Positions 13,687 to 24,790 of a stretch of DNA of 64,000 nucleotides are shown here, in pieces; within the stretch, counting starts at the first letter, position 1; every line of letters begins with the position of its first letter. The notes under the pieces are model-generated. The model did no database searches. It saw nothing but the letters and a program-made list of their open reading frames with translations, and had not been told where the DNA came from. This stretch comes from the human T2T-CHM13v2.0 reference genome, Homo sapiens. Where the stretch lies: NCBI RefSeq assembly GCF_009914755.1, contig NC_060928.1. One strand, 5' to 3'. The translations under genes and the position numbers were made by a program.

Positions 13687-16600
13687 ACAGATAATGTGGA
13701 TGGTTTAAGGGTTATAGTATTATAGTTTAAATAATAACAACAAAATTCTTCCCAGGAACTCTGCTGGAAGGTAAATTAAAATACTTGTTTTTCCATTGGT
13801 AAAATATTGTTGCACTCTGTGAACCAAAAGACAGTCTAAGTTGGAGGACATAGAACGGAACTCATCTTAAACATACTCCCCACCCCGTCTTGGCCTCCTC
13901 AGACCACTTTGGCCATCCCTGCATTTGGGGCCGCTATGGTAATGTGAATGCACTGGGTACAAACACCGCCTGTCTAGGACCACATTTGGAATTCCTGCAG
14001 GTGGCCTTTTGCAGCTTCAGGCAATATGGAACAAATGAAGGTTTATGTGACTCTAATAGAAGTAATTGTTGATAGGTGTTCTTCAGATCCACTTCTGTTT
14101 CTGATTGAGTTAGGCATCTCTTTCATGGTAAAACCCTTTTCATTAAACACAAAGAAAGCTTTTTTTTTTTTTTTTTTTTTAATGTGCAGAGGATTGACCT
14201 GTGCATGCTTTTGATCTCTCATTCAAAGGATCAATATTAAATAAAATTGTCATGAGCTGTGTTGAAGACAGGGTGCTTTCAAATAGAGGTAATTTGCTCT
14301 TGTGTTGTAAGAGGAACATGTCAACAAAGATAGGGAATGAGGGTGATCGTGCAGATGGCTTGTATCTTATATATGCAAAGGAGCCAATCTCAGAAGCACA
14401 AAGAAAAAAGTGTGCATACCTTATTTTGTACAGATAAAGATGATGTCTTTTTGTTATTGTCTGTCTGTTTTGTATGTGTCTGAGATAAGGGATAGAGAGG
14501 AAACATCCGTCAGGCTAATTTAACTACATTTTATTTTAAAAATAGAGAAACATAACCTCTAGATGGGACAGCAGAGGACAGTTAGTAGAGGCCACAAACT
14601 GTTATGGGCTGCTGTGTTTTGTTCTAAAATCAATATGGTTGGAGCATGTATATCTTAGGTGATCATTTCACATCTTAGGAATGCCTACTCATTTTATTTT
14701 ATTCTAGTGATGCTCAATTCACTATTTAATTTATTATATTTTCTCTTCTGTGGCACTTATACAAAATATCTCTTCACCTACTTAGTTCTACAGGGTTTTA
14801 ACTTTGGAGCAACATGAATAAAATCATCGAGAAGGCCAATATTGTTTAGCAACATGAATACAATACAGTTTAAAGTTGTACACATCCTGCTCAACTTTAT
14901 TCATGTACATTTCCTTTCTGTGGTTTTCTTTTGCTTCTTAGAAATTCTGTTAGTGGTTAGTAAAGAATTTGAAAGTACTTTCTCCTTGCTGTTTTTTTTT
15001 TTTTTTAAGACATTCCTCCCAGAATACTCCAGGGGGCAGTGTTTTATAACACATTTTCCCCACTGGGTGATTGAAGGATGGAGGATTTTTGAAAATTTGA
15101 CAGCTACATGAAACATGAGAAAACATTTTCCTCACTTCTGAAGTCGGTTTGCAGCTGGTAACTTGTTCATCCAGAAAACATTCTAAAGCAATGAGACTTT
15201 GTGAGCTGTGCTTACAGTTTGGGAGAATCATGAAGATTCTTTCTATATTTTGCATTTACTTCCCAGTGCTTCATAGCTGCATTTTGTTTGTAACTAAGAC
15301 AGAAGAATTTCGTAATCCTTGAAATTGAAAAAAAAAAAATTGTGTTTTTAAAGAGTGAAAACAGTTAGAAAACAAGTAGAACTGTAATCAGAACGCTGCT
15401 TCAATTGATATTAAAAATAACCTCAATAATAATGTAAAGGTTCCTTTCTCTTGTGTCAGTTATATTCTTAGGGATAGCCTAGAAGGAATATATGGTTAGA
15501 ACTAAGTGTGACTAATCATCTGAGCCTTGAAGAGAAACTTCAGTGCCTCTAAACAGATCATCTACAAAACAACAGGTAAACATTTATGCCAGTTAAGTGG
15601 GTCATGTTTTTGTTTCTTGGGTTTTTCCTAAATTTAAGTGAGGTTGGGCTTACCTTGTAGATAAAATTATGTTTTCTTTTTGGTAAATACTTGAATGTGG
15701 ATAACGTCAAATCAGAATATTTTGTGAGGAGGTGATGATTTGAAATTAAGCTAGATTTCTAGGGAGGTGTTGGTTCCAATGAAGGATGGGAAGAAATTAA
15801 AATAGTCTTCAAACTTCTTCCTTATTATATTTGGTTGCTTTGGAAAAGATTGGTCCTATCCTCAATCTAATTTATTCACTATTAATATTTTAAAAACATT
15901 CCTGAGATACTTAAAAAGACCCACTTAGCGATTATAGTTGCTCAATGAAACAAGAATTTATTTATGCATAGATTTTTCTCTGTATCTTACCAAAATCCAC
16001 TTTACTTAGATAACACTAAATTGTTCTTAAAGACTACTCATTTCCCAATAATCCTTTATGATTTCAAAATTTCTAGTGGCTCAGAAGTGAATTTTATTTT
16101 ATTTGTCTTTCACTTGAATAAGTGAGAACCCAGAAATTAATAATGTTGTTTATTGCTTACTGTCAGGACTATTTCAAAGACTAAGAAGAGTTTCTTCTAA
16201 CCCCTCCCTCTCAAAGGAATCCTAAATTATTAGTTGTTAGATAAGTTTTGTATGCTAAGATATTCAGGTTTATAGTTTATGTATGTGTGTATATATATAA
16301 ATATATATGTATATATAAATATTATGTTCAGTTTGGAGTCTGGCACAACTCCATTATGTGGATTAGAGAGTAAGATATTATGGATGATAAAGTACTAAAT
16401 GAAACATAATATTTATTTATAAAAGTGTGTAGATTGTTAAATCACAAAAAGAGTGCTATGACCATTATGTATGAGGAAACAGGCCTTTGACCTCCTGGAA
16501 AGCACTGCTCAAAAGTCATTAGTGCCCATTTTTGAATTCCCCAAACAGAAAGCTTCTTAGAAAACACGCTGAGATTTTATTTACAGGGAATTCTTTGACA

Positions 16601-17087
16601 GATTTCAATTGGTGTGTAGTCAAGTATAGCAAGTACTTAATAATGACTGAATTTCATGTTCCTACAGTCATACATATTCATTAGAAGTTTTATGTTGTTG
16701 GTCTGATCTGATTCTTCTTTGTTTGTGGGTGGAACGGCACTGAGAGAAGTATAGTTTTTTAAACTTGAACATGTTCAGTAGTTACATTGCCTTAGAAAAC
16801 CCAGACACATAGCAGTGGAAATGAAAGAAATGGCATCAGAAGTGACTTAATTTAGCAATTGTGATTCCTCTTGTAAAACAAAACAAAAAAACAATGCCAT
16901 ATTTTTTGGAGAAAAGTTGGCAATATAGGGGTTTCGTTGTCTGTTTCACAAGAAGACTCATTTGTTCTTTTGGGGGAACCAGTGCCTTACAGATTTTGTA
17001 TATACTGTAATTATTCAGGACTAGGGAACAAACAATTGTATTGTATTTGTTACAGATTGTATATGGCTTTGTTTTAACATTCCCCTA

Positions 17088-17093
17088 AATAAA
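17088..17093 (+). terminator. BMPR1B: BMPR1B distal polyadenylation signal
   Basis: AATAAA preceded by a cluster of TGTA (CFIm) motifs at ~16997-17061 and followed by GT/T-rich sequence (tgttatgttatagttgtgc, then (TTTA)n). Confidence 0.75.
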
Positions 17094-17514
17094 ATGGCTT
17101 CATTCTCCCCTTGGAAAAAAACATGACTGTTATGTTATAGTTGTGCTTATTTATTTATTTATTTATTTATTTATTATCTTTGAAAATATCCCATTGTAGC
17201 AGGTGGGAAGGCACCATGAAGGAGGCAGATGCAGGTAAGTTTTTCACATTTCATGGCAGGAGGACAAGAGAAATGGTCTGATGGCTTCTACTTTCTTTGT
17301 GAAGGAAACACAGTCATCTACTGAGAGTGAGGGGAAAGGCAGGGAAGTCAGTGGTTTAAGAGAAGTGAAGAAGGTTTAAAATTGCACTGGAAAATTACAG
17401 CTTGATGGGGAAAGAGCCAGATGGTTACGGGCAACTCTGAGGGCCAGGTTAGGCTTCCTGAAGCTGACTGTGGCACAGTGGCCAAGCGTAGACTTGGGAC
17501 TGCCAGGTGGCCTG

Positions 17515-17915
17515 TTGGTGTGAATCCAGCTTCCCTCACTCCCTCAGTTGTGTGACTGGGCACATTTTGACCTCTTTATCATGCAAATGCAGCAACAGGT
17601 CATGGAAAGTAAGAATTATTACTATCAAGGGGCTGATGGGCCAGAGGAGGGAAGGAATTAATTAGAGGAGCTAACAGACCAACAAACAAACAAACAAACG
17701 AACAAAAAACCCAGGTCCCAGGACAGGGAATCCTGATGGGGCGGAGGTGGTATCTCCGCAGTTACTGAGAGAGGGGCTGTGGTCAGTTTCTTCCCCTTGA
17801 AGATGTTTCTTCCCCTTGAAGATGAGAATGATGTTAATATCCACTATCTGGAGTTGTTCTGAAGATGAAATGACATAATCCATGCACCAAGCATGTGGTA
17901 AGTGCTCAACTATAG
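17515..17915 (+). mobile_element. MIR interrupted by a ~212-bp insertion
   Basis: MIR-like tgaatccagct...gttgtgtgactgggca...gacctc, then after the insert cagtttctt...gttgttctgaagatgaaatgacataatccatg...gtaagtgctcaa. Confidence 0.6.
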
Positions 17916-18263
17916 TATTAACAGAAATTCATAGTGCCACTTTTCTTGTGGTTTATGATTTTTTTTATCTTTTTGTCAGCAACCCAAATACAGGTATAGA
18001 GACAACGAAGATAGGATTCATTCAGGGTACTGGTTTATCATGCAAACGCAGCAACAGGTCATGGAAGGTAAGAATTATTACTATCAAGGGGCTGATGGAC
18101 CAGAGGAGGGAAGGAATTAATTAGAGGAGCTAACAGACCAAAAAAAAAAAAACAAAAAACAAAACAAAACAAAACAAAAACCCAGGTCCCAGGACAGGGA
18201 ATCCTGATGGGGCGGGGGCGGAGGTGGTATCTCCGCAGTTACTGAGAGAGAGGCTGTGGTCAG
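17575..18263 (+). repeat. Direct duplication of ~212/230 bp (17575-17786 and 18034-18263)
   Basis: Both copies read tttatcatgcaaa(t/c)gcagcaacaggtcatggaa...aattagaggagctaacagacc...cccaggtcccaggacagggaatcctgatgggg...gctgtggtcag, with few mismatches outside the internal A/C microsatellite. Confidence 0.95.
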
Positions 18264-19094
18264 ATTTCAGAGGGGGAGCAGCTGAGAGTGTGATCGCAGG
18301 AGGGGGTGAATTTAATTCATAGGCAACATTGTTGGTGATGAAAGAGGAACCCAAATCCTGGCCTTTAGATTTGTTGTCTTCGTGGATTTTGAAGGTGGCA
18401 GTCTTGGGAGAGGAAGGTTGTGAGGCAAAATTCTCCAGTGCCACAGGAGAATGGGAAGGGGCGCAGGCAGTGAGAGGCAGAGAGAGGGGCTGGCCAGCTG
18501 AGCCGGGAGGCCTGACATGCAAAGCATTGAGTTTTTAATGCAATAATCTGGAATCAGCAGTTTTGTATGAGAAAGACCCCACCTGCCTCCCAGCTGTGGA
18601 GTATTTGAGATGTGGAAGGAGGAGGCTGTTGCTGCTGCCCCTGAATTGTCACCTCTGCGAAAGGGGAGGGAATGTGTTAGGGCTATTGTTCCAAGCATTG
18701 TGGACCCTGGAGGGCAGAATGAGAAGTTTGGTTTGTGAGGGGATCCATTGGAGATTGGATCAGGACCAGGGAAGCCCAAAATTGTCTGGGGAGTGGAGAG
18801 TGCAGGAGGGTTTGCGTCTGACGCAGAGAGAATGAAGAGTTTGCGTGAGATTGGTGGTGGTTAGCCAGCTGCACTTGTGTCAAAAGAGTGCATCCTGATG
18901 CTGGAATTCAGACTGACCTGCTTAAATTCCACCATTTTCCACTTTTTTCATTCTTTGGAAGTACATAATCTGAGCCCAGTCTTCCCACCTGTAAATTCCC
19001 ACCTCTTCGCGCTCTTGTGAGGAACCAATAAGATGAGTGTCTGAATTATGTGAGGGCCCATGCCAGGTACATCACAGGTGCTCAGAAATACTGC

Positions 19095-19354
19095 TCTTTC
19101 CCCTTTCTTTCTTTTCTTTCTTTCCTTCCTCTGTTTTCTTTTTTTTCTTTCTTTCTTTTCTTTTCTTTTCTTTCTTTCCCTCCCTCCCTCCCTCCCTCCC
19201 TCCCTCCCTTCCCTCCCTCCTTCCTTCCTTCCCTCCCTCCCTTCCTCCCTCCTTCCTCCCTCCCTTCCTCCCTCCTTCCCTCCCTCCCTTCCCTTCCCTT
19301 CTTTCTTTCTTTCTTCTTTTTCTTTTTTTCTTTCTTTCTTTTTTTTTTTTTTTT
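19095..19354. repeat. Compound (CTTT)/(CCCT)/(CCTT)n polypyrimidine-polypurine microsatellite
   Basis: ~260 bp of almost pure C/T on the + strand. Confidence 0.95.
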
Positions 19355-19631
19355 GACAAGGTCTCACTCTGTCTTGCCCAGGCTGGAGTGCAGTGGCATG
19401 ATCATAGCTCACTGCAGCCTCGATCTCCTGGGCTCAAGTGACTCCCATCTCAGCCTCCCAAGTAGCTGGGACTACAAGCATGCACCACCATGGCTGGCTA
19501 ATTTTATGTTTAGTAGGGACAAGTCCTCACTATGTTTCCTAGGCTGGTCCCAAACTCCAGGGCTCAAGTGATCTCCCCATCTTAGCCTTCCAAAGTCCTG
19601 GGATTACAGGCGTGAGCCACTGTGCCTGGCC
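19101..19631 (-). mobile_element. AluJ with a greatly expanded polypurine tail
   Basis: Alu body at 19355-19631. The tail has become a ~255-bp compound repeat. Degenerate TSD aatactgctctttc (19087-19100) / aatgctgctttttc (19632-19645). Confidence 0.85.
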
Positions 19632-20764
19632 AATGCTGCTTTTTCTTCCTGCCATTAGTTTAGCAGGATCTACAATTAGCAACATTTAAAACCAGCTGAG
19701 ATTTGCTATTGGTACATCTCTCCCACCTTCTGTACACCCCACTTCTGTGTGTCATGGGCTCAAGTTAAACTTTTCGCAGAACTCACAGGCATACTGACAG
19801 TAAATCTCAGCTGAGGAAAAAAGGTTATTTTGTTGGCATTGGTCATTTTGTAAGTTGCAAGCTTGTTGTCTCCATCTGGTCACAGCAGCAAAGTACAGAT
19901 GACTGCACTCTCAGAAGTTTTGTCTCTGCAAAGTAATTTCTAATTTCTACCCTAGGTTCTGATCTGAGCTTAGCTGTGGGGATCTCTGGGGCTGCTGAAG
20001 GTTCTTTGCTTGGCACCTGTATGCTGGTACTGAGAGACAGGAGCAGAGGGAGGCCAAGCTTCAGAACTCTCCAGGGACCTCCACTGAGAGACAGGGGCTT
20101 AGGTTGGGCCCTCAGTGAAGTCTTTGAAAATGCTTGCATGCCATCCTAGGTAAGGCCTTCTCAGCAGGAATCTCAGCTACCAAAGCTTCTAATTAGGGGT
20201 TAGTGGTCTGGTAACAGGGCTGAGCCTTTGCCACCATGGGTTTTCTATGTAAAGTACAGTTTTTGTTTGTGTTTTATTGTTTTCATTGTATTTTCATTGT
20301 TTTATATGGAATTTGAGTTCTCTGGCTCAGCTGCAGCCCTTACATCTCCCTTTGATTTTACCCAGGTTCCAGTTTATATATTTCCATTACTTCCTTAGCC
20401 TTGGAGAAACATTTGAATTCATGATCCCAGCATGGATTGTTTTAAGTCACTTTCTTCCAGCCCATGGCATGGACCAGCTTCTCAGTGCTGGGCAATTGCT
20501 TATACCCTTCAGCCACGGAGGCTGAGGGGAGGGGTGGGGGCAGGTGGCAGTCCATCTAAGGAAGTGTCTCCAGGTCGTTCTCTCATGGAGGACAGGGCTG
20601 TCTTTGATTCTAGTCTTCAGCCTCACAGCTGCTTCGAACCTCACAGCTGGAGCCCTTGGCTTGCTCGCCCTAAGGCAGTGGCCAGCAGTCCTGTACCAAG
20701 CTGAACTCCTCTGCTGGTAGTTGCTTACCTTTCATTTCCTACCTATTAGTATAGTTGTTTGCAA

Positions 20765-21020
20765 GCTTCATTTAAAATCAGATCTCTGGGGGCAGGGCTT
20801 GACACTCTATTTAGAAGCTCCCGCCCCAGAGAATTCTGCAGAAGTTCTAAGACATTGGTTCTCACCCTTAACCGCTCATTAGTACCACCCGGGAGCTTTT
20901 AACACCCAAGACTCAGGCTACCCCCAGACCACTTCCATCAGAATCTCTGGAGGTGTGACCCTGGCGTTAGTTCTTAAGGCCTCTCTGGTGATTCCAGTGT
21001 GCAGCTGATTTTTTAGTAGC
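20765..21020. mobile_element. MER5-family hAT-Charlie fragments between the two poly(A) sites
   Basis: Motifs such as ggttctca...cccagacc...atcagaatctctgg...gtgattcc...gtgcagc. Confidence 0.6.
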
Positions 21021-21184
21021 ACCATGCTAAAACCTCATCCTGTGCCTGCAGGAGGTTGTGATCACCATCCACGCAGGACCCAAAGCCTTTCTGTCCCACC
21101 GAAGAAACACGTGGCAGCTCTGAACACGCAAGAGAACCTTGTTATTAAGTGAAGGAGGCAGCACTTTGTTGCTTATAAATATAA

Positions 21185-21190
21185 TTTATT
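21185..21190 (-). terminator. UNC5C: UNC5C distal polyadenylation signal
   Basis: TTTATT on + (AATAAA on -) at the end of a long repeat-poor tract downstream of the UNC5C stop. A U/GU-rich element (ttctcttgcgtgtt on -) lies downstream. Confidence 0.7.
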
Positions 21191-24100
21191 ACCTGTTTAA
21201 AAATTCTTTCTTACATTTTGTACATGTTGGCTGACAGAATAAATGCAGGCAATTTACAAACCAAGGGGACTGCAGGGAAAATCAGGATTGGCAGCCAGGG
21301 AGAGAAAAGAGGCACACCCGGAGCTGGTATCCCTCACCTCCACCACTCAGCAAGGCGCCGGACAGATATCCGGAGGGCACTCTGCCTCTGCCGGGGGGTT
21401 TTTTTAGAAAAGGAATTGCATAGAAGATACAGCAAGAGGGAACTCCACAACAACAAAAGTGTTCCATATCGGAAAAGCCAAGGTTGTCATGTTTTGTTTA
21501 AAAAAGAAAAACGACAAAGCACAAAACCTCAATCCGACCTTTCTGCAGTTGAACTGTTCCAAAGGGGACAGTAGGTGGATGACACTGCCTCTTCAACACG
21601 ACTGCTGGGGATTTTTCTCTGACAAACATTGGTGTCTTCTTTACAAAGAGCAAAGAGGAAGGTCACCAACTTGCTTCAGCTCAACATTAAACTCAACACA
21701 TATAACACCATGACATCACACACACACAGTGATGTTCCCTGCAACTGGGCTCGATGCATTATGTCTGGAGGGCGAGGGCTGCGCTACCAATGGCAGATCT
21801 AGGAAAGCGTGAAGAAGAGAATGCAAATCACTTGTTCCACTGTTCTGACTGCTGTACTTTTTCTTGTCCATGGCCTGGAGGAGTAGACATCTGAGTTTTT
21901 ACCCCTACATGTACAGATGCCATTTGTTACTTTCGGGATAGAAAAGGCAAAGGTATTTTACACCAGCTGTAGATTTCTTGCTCTTATATGTCACTCCGAA
22001 CAGAGTTGTTTTAACATTGAGAACCTATGTAGCTCAGGTCCCCATTCTCTGATGCTGCCTCCATAGTGCTCAGGATCAGAGGCCAAAAGAGAGCCCATCA
22101 ATCCTTAGGCTGCTGATCAGCAAAACCTGCCTACAATTCATCTTCTACACACCAGTACTGAGGGTTATTCCACCCCGGATCAGCGCCATCAGGTTCTACA
22201 GCTGGTCTGATAGTACTTAGTCCAGTAGACCTTTGGAACTTAAAAATGACACACAATTTAGACATATTTGTAAAAGACCCTTAAATGGTATGACTTGCAA
22301 TTTATATTTTTGTTGAAGGACAAATCTGAAATGGTATGTTAAAAGGCTGGCATTCAGTAGCAAATACTATGGCAGGTGGGCAGCTGACTATATCTCAGGG
22401 TAGCTTCCTTGTTTCTACTCAGAAGCTAGTTGGGCCACAACTGTCACGACATTCTGCAGAGATTCCCAACCTGGGATTCCAGAAGATCTCTGGACAGGTC
22501 CCTTCAGTAGGCAAGCGTCTGAGTAGACAGCAGGCTGATGAAGAGCTGCTAATAATTGGTGGGCTTGCTGTGCCAGTACACTTGCGGAGTACCTGTTGGT
22601 TTGTCCTGCTGATGCCCCCCAACCATGCTAAATAGGTCTGAGGCACACATTACATTTGGTTGAATGAGCCCGTTAATATCCTACCACAGATGAATTCAAT
22701 GAGGTGACAGGAAAACCTAGGAACCATGACTTACGAAGACTGGCTGTTAAAGTAGCATTTATGAAAATGGGGTAAGCACAAGGCTGATAAAACTAAAGGA
22801 TCTGGAAGCTCATGGCTAGACTTAGTCTGCAGAGAAAACCCACCCAGTTCTACACAAAGCCATCTCCCCACTTTTCAAAAATAGGTTTTTCACACTAGAA
22901 TTCTGGAAATGACTTCATTTGGCTTTCCTGGCCTGTATGGATATGGGTTTACATAACATTGGTTACAATATATTTATTCCCCCTTATGCCTTATTCCATT
23001 AAAAAGAAATAATTAGAGATGCAAAGGAAATCTTCCAAAGTGATCATTACAGCCAGAGATTATACAAATAGATATCTTAGGGTAGAGAAACATTACTTCA
23101 TTGCCCAGAGGCAAAGTTCTAAAGATTTCAGTCAATACTAGCTCAGCAAGGTTAAAGAATATATAAAAATAATACAAAAAGAAAAATAAAAGCCAAAGAG
23201 TAATAGTTGGTCCTATGAGGCACTCGAGAGGTAAAAAAATGTTTTGTTAACTTGAGATAATAAAATATTTTCCTTATTAGATCTATAAAATCTAATGCTT
23301 ATCAACCATTATCTTGAGCAATGATGTACTGCTTCACAAAAGCTCTTCCATTCTCAAAGAAGATGGATAAAGTCCCATTTCATTTCAGCTGTGTTTCCAT
23401 GGGACCCCTCTCATTCATTAGCCTTGGGCTTACACTGAGTTCTCCACATGAAACTGATGACTTGTCCAGAACAACTGCCCAGCAAAAGCTAAGACTCATT
23501 CAACTTGAAGGCTTGAAAACCCAACAAGTAAACCTTTTCTACCTTCTTTATGCTCTCTTGCAAGTCCTTATATAGGTTTATATTTTCCTGGCCCCATAGG
23601 GGCAGACCTTATAGAGGCAAAGACCTTTGAATTCTGGGGAGATGGTGATCACCTTATTAACTCCCTTCTGCATACGTGGATTACAGAGGAGTAAGCAGAC
23701 CAAGAGCACAGCTGCTGTGATCCTGACAGAGACACACAGAAGGACACGAGACAAGAGCCTTGTTGCTCTTTGCCAGGAGAAGTGAAAAGTCTTGATTCCA
23801 CCCTCAAAACGTTGACTTTTCAGATACCTTACTTGTAGGAAAAAATACCTTAAAAAAATTACTGGTCGCATAGTTTCAGGGTGTCCTGAACTCAGTCCCC
23901 ACGACTTTTTTCTCCTAAAAATCGCTCTACTTTTTGATAGTTGAGAGACTTAAATCTATAAAATAGTATATATGAAAATGGCTAATGATTATGCAGTTTG
24001 ATATTGAACACCTCACCCAAAAGTTGTCCAGTTCTTGAAGAGCCTAACTTGCTCACAGCAGGATGGGGGTTTTCTGCATAGCAGAGGTGACTGTTCATTT

Positions 24101-24771
24101 GGAAGATGCCGTTTGTGAAACAGCTGTTAGCTGTGAGAACCTTGGTGTTACACAGGTTTGTCATCACCATGCCAGTTATCAATTCTGAATCCAACTTCTA
24201 TTCCTTCCAGATACATTAAGGAAACTTGAAAGAGTGTGATAAGAAGAAAATAAAAACAGGATGAAACCTCTGCCTTTGGATTCCCAAATTCAGCAGAAAA
24301 GAAGCTGCTTTCTTCCCTTTGATTAACAACCCCAATTTTCTCTTCCCTAGACATAGTATTCCATTCGCATATATAAGACTTATTTCTTTCTAAGCAGATA
24401 CTTCTTACATTTCCAAAGATAAATATTAAGGAACTAAAAGGAGATTTAAAGTATACAAACCCCAATGAAAACCATAAGTGTTAAAAATGACAACTCTTCA
24501 AAGACTGTTTTATATAGATTTTACATAGTTCTGTTACAAGAAGCAACTGAAGATATGTTGTGTATGAATGAGTTGATGTACTGGGCTCACAGTGACCTAA
24601 TATTGAGATGGGTGATGCAAATGAAAAAAAAGTGAGAATAAGAAAATTATAAATTTGAAGTGAAAATTTCCCTACATCTGTTTGTCATAAAGGTCCTTGA
24701 ACTCTACAGGTTTTCATTCCCTTCGTCAAACACATTCTAGTGAATATTAAACTCAGGTTAGATTGTGTTGT

Positions 24772-24790
24772 ACACCACTAGATGGCAGCA
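24772..24790 (+). promoter_or_regulatory. Strong CTCF motif within the UNC5C 3'UTR
   Basis: ACACCACTAGATGGCAGCA matches the CTCF core CCASYAGRKGGCRS without mismatch. Confidence 0.65.

Larger units (their letters stand above)
13358..17125 (+). other. BMPR1B: BMPR1B long 3'UTR (3' end approximate)
   Basis: AU-rich, repeat-free sequence after the stop codon, running to a distal AATAAA at 17088-17093. Other AATAAA hexamers at 13681, 14240 and 14817. Confidence 0.75.

Noticed and set aside
18948-19571. ORFs of 95-173 aa on both strands (K/E/R/G-rich or F/S/L/P-rich)
   Set aside because: They are translations of the microsatellite plus Alu sequence.
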